This document shows, piece by piece, positions 47,036 to 57,473 of a stretch of 64,000 nucleotides of DNA. Source of the stretch: Clostridia bacterium (lineage in GTDB: Bacteria; Bacillota; Clostridia; Monoglobales; Firm-18); NCBI GenBank assembly GCA_045660545.1, contig JAZREA010000005.1, positions 5,416 through 69,415 of the forward strand, given 5' to 3'. A program made the position numbers and the translations under genes. The notes below the pieces were generated by a model, which saw nothing but the letters and a program-made list of their open reading frames with translations, did no database searches and had not been told where the DNA came from. Position 1 is the stretch's first letter. Every line of letters begins with the position of its first letter.

Positions 47036-49447
47036 TTGCCGGAGGGTAAAAGGAACAGAGTTACAACTAAAAAGATGGTTTTGCCTTTGCTCCCGCTTAG
47101 GGGTCTGGCGGTGTTTCCGTTTATGGTTATACACTTTGACGTAGGCAGGGAAAAGTCTATTAAGGCTGTTGAAGAAGCTATGCTTGGAGAACAGCTTATA
47201 TTCCTTGCTGCACAAAAGGATGTAAAGATTGATGACCCTGCACCGGAAGATGTGTACACTTATGGTACAGTATCTAAGATAAAGCAGGTTATGAAGCTCC
47301 AAAACGGCAACATCCGTATCCTTGTTGAGGGACTTGCAAGAGGTAAGATTGTAGATATAATTGACGAAAAGACACACCTTGTTTCCGAGATACGCAAGTA
47401 TCCTGTCGGAAAATACGAGCGTACAGACGAGCTTGAAGCGTACCTTCGTGCTGCCAAGGGGATGTTTGAGGATTATTTGAAGCTACTCCCGAAAATTCCG
47501 CAGGAGTCTGTCGCTACGATTATGAATATTACAGACCCTGAGGAGTTTATAGACGTTATTGCGGGTAATGTGTTTGTTAAGATGGAGAACAAAATTGAGA
47601 TTTTGTCCGAGTGTAACATTTACCGCAGGATGGAAAAGCTTATTGACATTATGAACGACGAGCACCAGATTATGAAGCTCGAGTACGATATAGCAGGCCG
47701 CGTCAAGGAAGAAATGGACAGACACCAAAAGGAATATTACCTTCGTGAGCAGATTAAGGCAATTAACGAGGAGCTTGGAGATTCGTACGGTGGCGCCGCA
47801 GAATGCGACGAATATCGAGAGAAGATTATCAAGCTTCCATTTGCCGAAGAAGTGAAGGAAAAGCTTTTAAAAGATGTGGACAGGCTGTCTAAAATGCAGC
47901 CGATGTCTTCTGACAGCACGGTTATGCGTAACTATCTTGACATTGTTCTTGAAATGCCCTGGGGTGTTTACACCAAGGACAGAAGCTCTGTAAAACAGGC
48001 TAAGAGCATACTCGACGCCGACCACTACGGGCTTGGCGATGTTAAGGAACGAATAGTAGAATTTTTGGCTGTAAAGCATATGACAAAGACCTTTAACGGA
48101 ACGATTCTTTGTCTTGCAGGTCCTCCGGGAGTAGGTAAGACATCCGTAGCAAGAAGTCTTGCAAAGGCGCTTAACAGAAAATACGTCAGGATTTCGCTTG
48201 GCGGTATTCGCGATGAAGCGGAAATCAGAGGACACCGCAAAACTTATGTGGGAGCTATGCCCGGCAGGATTGTTTCTGCGATAAGGCAGGCGGGAAGCAT
48301 GAACGCATTTGTTTTGCTTGACGAAATAGACAAGCTTGGTATGGACTACAAGGGAGACCCGGCGTCTGCGCTTTTGGAAGTTTTGGACGCGGAGCAAAAC
48401 TCCACGTTCAGAGACAACTTCTTAGAAATCCCGCTTGACTTGTCCAAGGTTATGTTTGTAACCACTGCCAACAGCATAGAAAACATACCCCATCCGCTAC
48501 TGGACAGGATGGAGGTTATAGAAATTTCGAGCTATACTATGGCCGAAAAGACGCAGATAGCTCTTAACCATCTGATTCCTAAGCAGAGGGAAAAGCACGG
48601 CCTTGACCACAAGACGCTTCGTATCACAAAAGACGCTGTACAGGACATAATCAGCTATTACACCCGCGAGGCAGGGGTGCGTAATTTAGAGAGAACTATC
48701 GCACAAATTTGCAGAAAAACGGCGAAGGATATAGTAGAAAACGGTGTTAAATCCGTTACTGTTACGCCGATTAACCTTGAAAAGATGCTCGGTAAACGTA
48801 AGTTTTTATACTCCGATATAGACCAGTCAGACTGCGTAGGTGTTGCAAACGGACTTGCATGGACAAGCGTCGGTGGAGACACGTTGCAGATCGAAACAAA
48901 CGTTATGTCGGGTAGCGGCAAAGTAGAGCTTACGGGTAAGCTTGGGGATGTAATGAAAGAGTCGGCGCTTGCTGCAATCAGTTACATCAGGGCTAACAGC
49001 GAAAAGCTTGGAATAGACTCCGATTTTTACAAAAACAAAGACATACACGTTCACGTTCCGGAAGGTGCTGTTCCAAAGGATGGGCCGTCCGCAGGCATTA
49101 CGATTGCGACATCTGTCATTTCTGCCCTGACAGCAAGGGCGGTACGCCACGACGTTGCAATGACTGGCGAGATAACAATAAGAGGCAGAGTTTTGGCAAT
49201 CGGTGGCCTTAAAGAAAAGGCAATAGCCGCACACAGGGCGGGTATTAAGACTGTTATAATTCCTAAACAAAACGAGCCTGACGTGTCTGACATTCCGGAA
49301 AATGTACGGGCTGAGCTTAGGTTCGTTGCGGTTGAAAGCATTGAGGAAGTTTTGGGCCTTGCAATTTACGGAGATGACGGAAAGGAAAGCTTCTCCTTTG
49401 TGGACGTAGCGCCCATAAAGAGAGAGGACACGAGGATAAAACAATGA
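47036..49447 (+). CDS. lon: ATP-dependent Lon protease (LonA)
   Basis: 803 aa; LPLLPLRG N-domain, GPPGVGKTS Walker A, DGPSAGIT protease motif. TTG start; alternative ATG at 47075. Confidence 0.96.
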   Translation: MPEGKRNRVTTKKMVLPLLPLRGLAVFPFMVIHFDVGREKSIKAVEEAMLGEQLIFLAAQKDVKIDDPAPEDVYTYGTVSKIKQVMKLQNGNIRILVEGLARGKIVDIIDEKTHLVSEIRKYPVGKYERTDELEAYLRAAKGMFEDYLKLLPKIPQESVATIMNITDPEEFIDVIAGNVFVKMENKIEILSECNIYRRMEKLIDIMNDEHQIMKLEYDIAGRVKEEMDRHQKEYYLREQIKAINEELGDSYGGAAECDEYREKIIKLPFAEEVKEKLLKDVDRLSKMQPMSSDSTVMRNYLDIVLEMPWGVYTKDRSSVKQAKSILDADHYGLGDVKERIVEFLAVKHMTKTFNGTILCLAGPPGVGKTSVARSLAKALNRKYVRISLGGIRDEAEIRGHRKTYVGAMPGRIVSAIRQAGSMNAFVLLDEIDKLGMDYKGDPASALLEVLDAEQNSTFRDNFLEIPLDLSKVMFVTTANSIENIPHPLLDRMEVIEISSYTMAEKTQIALNHLIPKQREKHGLDHKTLRITKDAVQDIISYYTREAGVRNLERTIAQICRKTAKDIVENGVKSVTVTPINLEKMLGKRKFLYSDIDQSDCVGVANGLAWTSVGGDTLQIETNVMSGSGKVELTGKLGDVMKESALAAISYIRANSEKLGIDSDFYKNKDIHVHVPEGAVPKDGPSAGITIATSVISALTARAVRHDVAMTGEITIRGRVLAIGGLKEKAIAAHRAGIKTVIIPKQNEPDVSDIPENVRAELRFVAVESIEEVLGLAIYGDDGKESFSFVDVAPIKREDTRIKQ

Positions 49448-50037
49448 ACTTAAACAACGTTAATCTTATGGTGTCTGCGGTTAATAAAAAGCAGCATCCT
49501 GCAACAGAACTTCCGGAAATCGCTTTTGCCGGAAGGTCGAATGTGGGAAAGTCTTCGCTTATTAACAAGATGCTTAACCGTAAAAAGCTTGCGCGCGTCA
49601 GCGCAAGCCCCGGTAAGACAGCGACAATTAATTTTTACAACATAGACCAGAGGCTTATCTTTGTCGACCTCCCCGGCTACGGCTTTGCAAAGGTTTCCAA
49701 GCAGGAAAGAGAAAGATGGGGCAGGATGATCGAGGAGTATCTAAACGGCAGAGAACAGCTTTTACGTGTTGTTTTGCTTGTGGATATGCGCCACAAGCCA
49801 ACGGCTGACGACGTTATGATGTACAACTGGATTATAGAGAGCGGGTTTACGCCTTTTGTAATAGCTACGAAAAAGGACAAGGTAAAACCCAGCCAGCGAG
49901 AGGACGCTCTAAGGCTTATTAAAGACACACTTGGAGAGGAAAATGTAATACCGTTTTCGTCCGAAAAAGGCGACGGAGTACAAGAGGTGTGGCACGAATT
50001 TAAAATTATGATTGGAGAGGAAGAAGATGATAACTAA
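49444..50037 (+). CDS. engB: ribosome biogenesis GTPase YsxC/EngB
   Basis: 197 aa; GRSNVGKSSLIN G1, DLPGYG G3, TKKD G4; ATGA overlap with the lon stop. Confidence 0.93.
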   Translation: MNLNNVNLMVSAVNKKQHPATELPEIAFAGRSNVGKSSLINKMLNRKKLARVSASPGKTATINFYNIDQRLIFVDLPGYGFAKVSKQERERWGRMIEEYLNGREQLLRVVLLVDMRHKPTADDVMMYNWIIESGFTPFVIATKKDKVKPSQREDALRLIKDTLGEENVIPFSSEKGDGVQEVWHEFKIMIGEEEDDN

Positions 50038-51274
50038 AGCTCCAAGAGGTACAAAGGACGTTGTGCCTCAGGAAAGTTATAAATGGCAATACATAGAAGG
50101 CAAGATTCACGACCTTTGCAGACGCTTTGGCTACAAGGAGGTCAGGGTGCCTGTGTTTGAGCACACAGAGCTTTTTGAACGAGGCGTGGGCGACACAACA
50201 GACGTTGTTCAAAAGGAGATGTACACATTCGAAGACAAGGGAGGAAGAAGCATCACGCTTCGCCCTGAGGGTACGGCGGGTACTGCAAGGTGCTTTTTGG
50301 AGAACAATCTTTTTGCTGACGCTCAGCCAACCAAGATGTACTACCTTTTGTCCTGTTACAGGTATGAAAAGCCGCAGTCTGGCAGATTAAGAGAATTCCA
50401 TCAGTTTGGTATAGAGGCTTTTGGAAGTGCGGATTCGTCGATTGATGCAGAGGTAATTTCTCTTGCGATGATGCTGCTTGGTGAGCTTGGGGTCAAAGAC
50501 TTAAAGCTATATCTTAACAGTATCGGTTGCCCTTCTTGCAGAGCTAAGTACAACGAAAAGCTAAAAAGCTATTTTGAAGCACATATTGACGAGCTTTGTG
50601 AGACATGTAAGTCAAGGCTTGAAAAGAACCCTATGAGGATTATAGACTGCAAGGTGCCAAGCTGCGGAGAAATAGCCAAGGATGCTCCCAAGATTTTAAA
50701 CGAGCAGTGCGAAGAGTGCAGTGCACATTATAAAAAAGTGTGTGATTACCTTGACACTATGGGAATAGCGTATGAGATTGACGACTCCATAGTAAGAGGT
50801 CTTGACTACTACACAACAACTGTTTTTGAAATCAAGTCCGAAGGGCTTGTAATATGCGGAGGGGGACGCTACAACGGGCTGATTGAAGAGCTTGGCGGCA
50901 AGCCTTCGCCGGGTGTGGGCTTTGGACTTGGTCTTGAAAGGCTTATAATGGTGCTGGAAAATCAGGGACTTATTCCCGAGGACACATCAAGCGTTGACGT
51001 CTATTTCGCAAACATAGGTGAGAAGGCGGACATGTTCGCACAAAAGCTGGTTGGAGAGCTGAGGGCCAAGGGAGTAAGTGCTGAAAAAGACTTAATGTCA
51101 AGAAGCTTAAAGGCCCAGATGAAATATGCCGACAAAATCGGCGCTAAATACACAGCCGTAATCGGTGATGAAGAAATCGACAAAGGTGTTATAACCCTTA
51201 AAAATATGTTAAACGGCGAACAAAGAGAAATTAAAATCGAAGAATTACAAGGTTTTTTAGAGGAGGATATATAA
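50027..51274 (+). CDS. hisS: histidine--tRNA ligase
   Basis: ATG at 50027 after GGAGAGGAAG, 11 nt inside the engB 3' end; class II motifs (RYEKPQSGRLREFHQ, GGGRYNGL). Confidence 0.95.
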   Translation: MITKAPRGTKDVVPQESYKWQYIEGKIHDLCRRFGYKEVRVPVFEHTELFERGVGDTTDVVQKEMYTFEDKGGRSITLRPEGTAGTARCFLENNLFADAQPTKMYYLLSCYRYEKPQSGRLREFHQFGIEAFGSADSSIDAEVISLAMMLLGELGVKDLKLYLNSIGCPSCRAKYNEKLKSYFEAHIDELCETCKSRLEKNPMRIIDCKVPSCGEIAKDAPKILNEQCEECSAHYKKVCDYLDTMGIAYEIDDSIVRGLDYYTTTVFEIKSEGLVICGGGRYNGLIEELGGKPSPGVGFGLGLERLIMVLENQGLIPEDTSSVDVYFANIGEKADMFAQKLVGELRAKGVSAEKDLMSRSLKAQMKYADKIGAKYTAVIGDEEIDKGVITLKNMLNGEQREIKIEELQGFLEEDI

Positions 51275-51275
51275 T

Positions 51276-53063
51276 ATGCAAAAAGGTTTAGCAGGACTAA
51301 AAAGAACTAACTATTGTGGCGAAATCACAAAGGAAAATCTCGGACAGAAGGTAACCGTTATGGGCTGGGCCGCTAAGAACAGAGACTTAGGCGGCGTTTT
51401 GTTCATTGATTTGCGCGACAGAACAGGTATTGTACAGATAGTTTTCAACGACGAAATAAGCGAGGAGCTTTTCCACAACGCAGAAAAAATCCGCAGTGAA
51501 TTTGCAATAGGCGTAGAGGGCGTTGTAAGAGAAAGAGCCAAAGAGACAGTTAACACAAACTTAAAGACAGGTGAAATCGAAATTATCGCTTCTAACCTTG
51601 TTATATATTCCAAGGCTGAAACACCTCCGTTTTATATCGAGGACGGCATCGACACAAACGAGCAGGTAAGGCTTAAATACAGATATTTAGACCTTCGTCG
51701 TCCTGAGATGCTCAAAAACATTATGCTTCGTCACAAGGCTTGTATTATTGCCCGTGACTACTATGACAGAAACGGATTTTTGGAAATAGAGACACCTATG
51801 CTTGTAAAGAGTACTCCGGAAGGCGCAAGAGACTACCTTGTTCCAAGCAGAGTTCACAACGGCTCTTTTTACGCTTTGCCGCAGTCTCCTCAGCTTTATA
51901 AGCAGATATTGATGGTGTCGGGTGTTGACAGGTACTTCCAGATTGCACGTTGCTTCCGTGACGAGGACCTCCGTGCTGACAGACAGCCTGAGTTTACACA
52001 AATCGACCTTGAAATGTCCTTCGTAGACGAGGATGACGTTATGACAATCAACGAGGGTATGTTAAAAGAAATGTTCAAAAAGACCCTCGACATTGATATC
52101 GAAACTCCGTTTAAGAGACTGACATATGCAGAGGCTATGGACAGATTCGGCTCTGACAAGCCTGATACACGCTTTGGTATGGAGCTTGTAAATATGTCTG
52201 ACATATTTGAAACATGCGGCTTTAAGGTGTTTGCAGACGCGGTTAAAAACGGCGGCAGCGTAAGAGCTATTACCGTTAAAAACGGAAGCAACCTCCTTTC
52301 AAGAAGAGACCTTGACGGACTTAAAGACTTTGTTGCAATTTACAGAGCAAAGGGTCTTGCTTGGATTAACATTACAGAGGAAGAGTTAAAGTCTCCGATT
52401 ACCAAGTTCTTAACCGAGGACGAGATCAAGGCTATTTTAGAAAGAGCGCAGGCTGAAACGGGAGATATCATACTCTTCGTTGCAGACAAGAACAAGGTTG
52501 TGTTCGACGCTCTTGGTGCTTTGCGTATTCATATTGCTAAAAAGCTCGACCTTATTGACAAGAGCAAGTTCAACTTCCTTTGGGTTACACAGTTCCCGCT
52601 TTTAGAGTACAGCGAGGAGGATAAGAGATACGTTGCTATGCACCATCCTTTCACTGCTCCGATGGACGAGGATATTGAAAAGATGGACACAGACCCGGGC
52701 TCTGTACGTGCTAAGGCGTACGACGTTATATTAAACGGCGTAGAGCTTGGCGGCGGAAGTATCAGAATCTACGACCAGGACCTCCAGAAGAAGATGTTCG
52801 AGCTTATCGGCATCAGCTTAGAGGATGCGCAGGTTAAATTCGGCTTCTTACTTGATGCGTTTAAGTACGGTGTTCCGCCTCATGGTGGTATCGCGTACGG
52901 TCTTGACAGACTTATTATGCTTATGACAGGCAGCGAATCTATCCGTGACGTTATGGCGTTCCCGAAGGTACAGAACGCTTCCGAGCTTATGACTGAATGT
53001 CCGGCAGAAGTTGACCCGAAACAGCTTATGGAGCTTGGAATTAACATTGTTAAAATCGACTAA
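51276..53063 (+). CDS. aspS: aspartate--tRNA ligase
   Basis: 595 aa; OB anticodon domain, FYALPQSPQLYKQ, QIARCFRDEDLRADRQPEFTQ, GGGSIRI motifs. Confidence 0.96.
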   Translation: MQKGLAGLKRTNYCGEITKENLGQKVTVMGWAAKNRDLGGVLFIDLRDRTGIVQIVFNDEISEELFHNAEKIRSEFAIGVEGVVRERAKETVNTNLKTGEIEIIASNLVIYSKAETPPFYIEDGIDTNEQVRLKYRYLDLRRPEMLKNIMLRHKACIIARDYYDRNGFLEIETPMLVKSTPEGARDYLVPSRVHNGSFYALPQSPQLYKQILMVSGVDRYFQIARCFRDEDLRADRQPEFTQIDLEMSFVDEDDVMTINEGMLKEMFKKTLDIDIETPFKRLTYAEAMDRFGSDKPDTRFGMELVNMSDIFETCGFKVFADAVKNGGSVRAITVKNGSNLLSRRDLDGLKDFVAIYRAKGLAWINITEEELKSPITKFLTEDEIKAILERAQAETGDIILFVADKNKVVFDALGALRIHIAKKLDLIDKSKFNFLWVTQFPLLEYSEEDKRYVAMHHPFTAPMDEDIEKMDTDPGSVRAKAYDVILNGVELGGGSIRIYDQDLQKKMFELIGISLEDAQVKFGFLLDAFKYGVPPHGGIAYGLDRLIMLMTGSESIRDVMAFPKVQNASELMTECPAEVDPKQLMELGINIVKID

Positions 53064-53082
53064 CACGTTTTGAGGTGATGTT

Positions 53083-54051
53083 GTGATTGAACTTAAAAAT
53101 CTTACTAAAAAGTACGGTGCAATAACTGCTGTGAATAATATTTCCGTTACGATAAATGACGGGGAAATTGTAGGCTTTCTCGGCCCTAACGGTGCCGGAA
53201 AGTCCACAACCATGAATATTATGACCGGATACATTTCTGCAACGTCAGGATGCGTCGAAATCGACGGCCACGATATTTTAAAGGAGCCTGAAAAGGCAAA
53301 GGCAAAGATTGGATACCTGCCCGAGCTTCCTCCGCTTTATATGGATATGACGGTTTTAGAGTACCTCGGCTTTGTCTTCGATTTAAAGCGTGTTGCAGGG
53401 GATAAAAAGGAGCATATTGAAAATGTTATGTCAGTTGCTCAAATCGACAAGGTTCAGTCGCGACTTATTAAAAATCTTTCAAAGGGATACAGACAAAGGG
53501 TAGGAATCGCCCAGGCGCTTATCGGCAACCCGAAGGTGCTTATTTTAGACGAGCCTACCGTTGGACTGGACCCCAAGCAGATTCAGGAAATACGCAGTCT
53601 TATAAAGACCCTGGGCAAGGACAGAACTGTTATAGTAAGCTCTCACATTTTGTCGGAAATCAGCTCACTTTGTGATAAGGTGCTTATTATCAACGCAGGC
53701 AAGCTTGTTGTTTACGATACTCTTGAGAATATCAACAAAAAGCTTTCTAAAAGCTCGGCCTTTGTCGCTACGATAGGCGGAGTAAGGGATATCGTTATAA
53801 ACACGATTAACACAATACCAAACATCGAGTCTATCGCGGTTGAGCCTTCTGCTGAAAAGGGCGCCTTTGACTACGTTATTACTACAAAAGACGGCGAGGA
53901 TATAAGAAAGCAGCTTTTGGAAAAGCTCGAAAGCAACAACCTTTCTTTGCTTTCTTTAAACACAAAGAACCTTTCCCTGGAGGATGTTTTCTTAAAGGTT
54001 ACTGCAAAGAGAAAGAGGAAAAATGTTGTTTCCGAAAAGGAGGCTGATTAA
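53083..54051 (+). CDS. ABC transporter ATP-binding protein (ABC-2/GldA-like)
   Basis: 322 aa; GPNGAGKST Walker A, LSKGYRQRV signature, LILDEPT Walker B. Confidence 0.9.
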   Translation: MIELKNLTKKYGAITAVNNISVTINDGEIVGFLGPNGAGKSTTMNIMTGYISATSGCVEIDGHDILKEPEKAKAKIGYLPELPPLYMDMTVLEYLGFVFDLKRVAGDKKEHIENVMSVAQIDKVQSRLIKNLSKGYRQRVGIAQALIGNPKVLILDEPTVGLDPKQIQEIRSLIKTLGKDRTVIVSSHILSEISSLCDKVLIINAGKLVVYDTLENINKKLSKSSAFVATIGGVRDIVINTINTIPNIESIAVEPSAEKGAFDYVITTKDGEDIRKQLLEKLESNNLSLLSLNTKNLSLEDVFLKVTAKRKRKNVVSEKEAD

Positions 54052-54053
54052 TT

Positions 54054-54758
54054 ATGAAAGCAATTTATAAAAGAGAACTTTTGGCCTACTTTACTTCTCC
54101 TATGGGCTATGTTGTGCTTGCGGCAGCACTTTGCCTCAGCGGTGTTTTGTTTGGGATATTTAACCTTTCTGCAAAGAGTACTAATATGCTTTACTTCTTT
54201 TCTTATTTGTCTTTGGTTTTTATACTTTTAGTTCCGCTTATAACTATGCACCTTTGGGCAGAGGAAAGAAAAAACCGAACAGACCAGCTTATACTTACAT
54301 CCGGCGTTCCTGTAAAGGATGTTGTTTTAGGCAAGTATTTTGCGGCGGTTACGCTGTTTGCCGTGATGGTTGCAGTTATGCTTTTATACCCGGCTACAAT
54401 GGCTTTATACGGCGGTGTTATATGGTCGTATGTTTTAATGCTTTACCTTGGGTATTTCCTGATGGGATGCGCCCTTTTGGCAGTCGGGCTGTTTGTTTCC
54501 ACCGTTACTGAAAGCCAGATAGTTGCGGCTGTTGTATCGTTTGCAATTATTATGCTTTTAAAGCTGGTGGGTATGTTGACTTCTGCGATAAATGCAGAAT
54601 GGATTTCCAAAATAATTAAATGGTTTTCGCTGTTTTCGAGGTTTGATACATTTATATGGGGCGTTGTTGACGTTTCTACTTTGATTTACTACTTAACTTT
54701 TTCTGCTCTTTTTATCTTTTTGGCAGTTATGAGCATAGAAAAAAAGCGTTGGAGTTAG
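54054..54758 (+). CDS. ABC-2 type permease (GldF-like)
   Basis: 234 aa, six TM segments, directly after the ATPase gene. Confidence 0.75.
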   Translation: MKAIYKRELLAYFTSPMGYVVLAAALCLSGVLFGIFNLSAKSTNMLYFFSYLSLVFILLVPLITMHLWAEERKNRTDQLILTSGVPVKDVVLGKYFAAVTLFAVMVAVMLLYPATMALYGGVIWSYVLMLYLGYFLMGCALLAVGLFVSTVTESQIVAAVVSFAIIMLLKLVGMLTSAINAEWISKIIKWFSLFSRFDTFIWGVVDVSTLIYYLTFSALFIFLAVMSIEKKRWS

Positions 54759-54773
54759 GGGAGGTGCTGTAAA

Positions 54774-56126
54774 ATGAAAAAACTTAATAAAAGCTTCGTT
54801 TACGGCACAGGGTCTGTTGCGATGATTGCTTTTGCGGTTGTTGTGATAGTGCTCTTGAACTTAATTTCAGGAGTTTTGGCCGACAAGTTTGGCTGGAGAA
54901 TCGACGTTACCGAAACAAAGCTTTTGGACTTTTCTGACGAGTTTGTGGACATTATAGAGTCCGTAGACAAGCCTGTTGAGGCTTACTTTTTAGCAGACGA
55001 GCAGGAGATAGAGGAGATTGTTCAGCCGGATAACTATTTGATTATGGCAAAACAGATTCTGGAGAAAATGGGGTCAATTAATCCCAACATCAGCGTCATT
55101 GTTTCCGACCCTGATAAAAACCCGGAGTTTTCCAACAAGCTTGGTACAGTAAACTATGCTGATATTGTTTTCAAATGCGGCGACAAGCTAAGCTCTATGC
55201 CGTCGGCCGAGATCTGCTCTTATGACGAGCTTGGCAACCAGGCGATTATTGCTGAAAACAAGTTTGCCTCAATGATTGCAACTGTTACCAGAGAAGAGGC
55301 CATTAAGGTCGGTTTTGTAACGGGCCACAACGAAATGGACACTTCCTTTATTAAGAAGGCATATGACGAAGAGGGCATAGAATATGCTGACTTTAACATC
55401 CTGACTGACGGTATTTCTGACGAATATGACCTTATATTTATATATGCGCCTCAGGCTGATTATCTTGTTGAGGAAATAGAAGCTATCGACGCATATCTTA
55501 CATCGGGACATCATATGCAGATATATATTGACAAGGTTTCTTTATGCAAAAACCTTGTTTCATACATGAGTCTGCTCGGAATTGGGTACAACGACGGTTA
55601 CGTTCAGGAGAAGGATATGTCCCACTTAATATCCGAATACGCAGTTCCTGATATGAACAGACACACAATAACAAACACTATCGCTAACAAGCTGATTGTT
55701 CCTTATACTGTCAGCCTGGTTCCGCTTTGGGAGTCTAAGAATGGCATAGACACATTACCACTTCTTGCGACTTCTGAAAAGGCGACGCTTTACGCCGACC
55801 CTTCCGCTGTTGGGACATATTACCTTATGGCCGTTTCTGCGAGAGTAACAGAAAGCTCGCTGATTTCCAACGTTGTTGCGGGATGCAGCGCCTATATCTA
55901 TAACGAGGGTGTTATGGATATGAACAAGCCGCTCCTTATAAACAGTACTCTTTGGCTTGGCAAGGCTGACAGCGATATGTATATCGCTCCTAAGGCTATC
56001 AACAACGGCACTCTTGAGATTACAGAAGATGCTTGCGGAGCATGGCAGGCTATTTACGCATTTTTAATACCGATTATAATTATTGCAATAGGATTTATTG
56101 TTTGGTTTAAGAGGAGATATTCATGA
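54774..56126 (+). CDS. GldG-like auxiliary protein of ABC-2 systems
   Basis: 450 aa with N- and C-terminal TM anchors flanking a large extracytoplasmic domain. Confidence 0.6.
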   Translation: MKKLNKSFVYGTGSVAMIAFAVVVIVLLNLISGVLADKFGWRIDVTETKLLDFSDEFVDIIESVDKPVEAYFLADEQEIEEIVQPDNYLIMAKQILEKMGSINPNISVIVSDPDKNPEFSNKLGTVNYADIVFKCGDKLSSMPSAEICSYDELGNQAIIAENKFASMIATVTREEAIKVGFVTGHNEMDTSFIKKAYDEEGIEYADFNILTDGISDEYDLIFIYAPQADYLVEEIEAIDAYLTSGHHMQIYIDKVSLCKNLVSYMSLLGIGYNDGYVQEKDMSHLISEYAVPDMNRHTITNTIANKLIVPYTVSLVPLWESKNGIDTLPLLATSEKATLYADPSAVGTYYLMAVSARVTESSLISNVVAGCSAYIYNEGVMDMNKPLLINSTLWLGKADSDMYIAPKAINNGTLEITEDACGAWQAIYAFLIPIIIIAIGFIVWFKRRYS

Positions 56127-57454
56127 GCAGGAAACGCTTAATAATAGCTTTGGTTTCGATAGCGGTTTTGGCATCGGTGTTTGCTTTCCTTACGTTTTTT
56201 GGCGGAGAGGAAGCGAAGGTGGAGGAGGATTTTTCGTCTTCTATAAACATTATAGACCTTGATTACGCGATTAATGAGTATTCAGTAGAGAGACCGGACG
56301 GCAGCTTTACTTTTGTAAAGGATATGGGTACATGGAAAGAAAAGACTTTTCCTGACATTGTTTTAGAACAGGATTATATCACTACATCTGTTACAAAGGC
56401 GTCGTTTTTGTTCGCAGAAAGCCTTGTTAAAGAGGATGCTCAAAATTTAGAGGAGTATGGATTCGACGAGCCTTCTGCGGTAGTGCGTCTGAAAGGTGCG
56501 CAGGAGGAAAGTGTAATCCGCTTTGGTGCAAAGACTGCTACCGGCAGCGGATATTACGCTGTTGTTGATGATTCTGACGACGTTTATATTGTCAGAAGTG
56601 ATAATTTCGAAAAGGTTGCAGGTGCCTTCGAAACATTCAGGGTTCGTGAGCTTTTTACCGCACAGGCAGACAATGTTGAAGCCTTTACGCTAAAAAGCAC
56701 AAAACACAACATATCAATAAAGAGGAAGACCGAGAAAAGCCCCAATGAAAGCAACATATCCTCATGGGTTATGCAGACTCCTTATGTTAAGGACTTAAAC
56801 ACAAGGCTGTTTGAAGACAACGTTTTGAGCAAGCTTGCTTTTACTGTTGAAGATTTTGTTGACGACGGAGCAAAAAGCAGACTTGCAGACTATGGGCTTT
56901 TGTCTCCGCTATATACAATAAGCGTGAAAAATACAGACGGCACAACTTTTACATTCCATCTGGGCAACGAGCTTGAAGACGGCAAAATTTATGCACAGAT
57001 TGATGGAGGCAACAGCGTATATGCGATAAGTGCAGAATCTGTAAAGTACAGAGACTTTACACCTCTTTATCTTTTGGAGTCGTTGGTTTTTGTAAGAAAC
57101 GTCAGCGCTGTTGAAGGTATTGAATTTGCTGTACAGGGCAATACTTACGCCTTTTCAAACAGTGGTGAAAATTACTTTATAAACGGTAATAAAGTTGCCG
57201 AAAGTGACTACAAGCAGGCATATCGTGGTATGATTTCGCCTGTGGTTGCCGGCGAGGTTTTGGGCAATAGTGTGGGCAGGGAACTTTGTTCCTTTACGAT
57301 TAATTACAATACCAACACACCGTCGGAGACGGTCAGATATTATGAATTTGGCGATATGTACGCCGCAGCAAGTGTTAACGGAAAGACCGAATTTTATGTA
57401 CAGCGAAAGTATGTTGAAGATATGATTAACGGTGTCGCAGGGCTTATAAAATAA
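56123..57454 (+). CDS. DUF4340-like N-terminally anchored protein
   Basis: 443 aa, a single N-terminal TM, follows the GldG-like gene with a 4-nt overlap as in many ABC-2/GldG clusters. Confidence 0.5.
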   Translation: MSRKRLIIALVSIAVLASVFAFLTFFGGEEAKVEEDFSSSINIIDLDYAINEYSVERPDGSFTFVKDMGTWKEKTFPDIVLEQDYITTSVTKASFLFAESLVKEDAQNLEEYGFDEPSAVVRLKGAQEESVIRFGAKTATGSGYYAVVDDSDDVYIVRSDNFEKVAGAFETFRVRELFTAQADNVEAFTLKSTKHNISIKRKTEKSPNESNISSWVMQTPYVKDLNTRLFEDNVLSKLAFTVEDFVDDGAKSRLADYGLLSPLYTISVKNTDGTTFTFHLGNELEDGKIYAQIDGGNSVYAISAESVKYRDFTPLYLLESLVFVRNVSAVEGIEFAVQGNTYAFSNSGENYFINGNKVAESDYKQAYRGMISPVVAGEVLGNSVGRELCSFTINYNTNTPSETVRYYEFGDMYAAASVNGKTEFYVQRKYVEDMINGVAGLIK

Positions 57455-57473
57455 CCTCTTTTAAAGGAGTATT

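Noticed and set aside
48827-49444. 205-aa minus-strand ORF, and other long antisense ORFs inside lon (47867..48397 etc.)
   Set aside because: They are embedded antisense within Lon, whose Walker and protease motifs are unambiguous.
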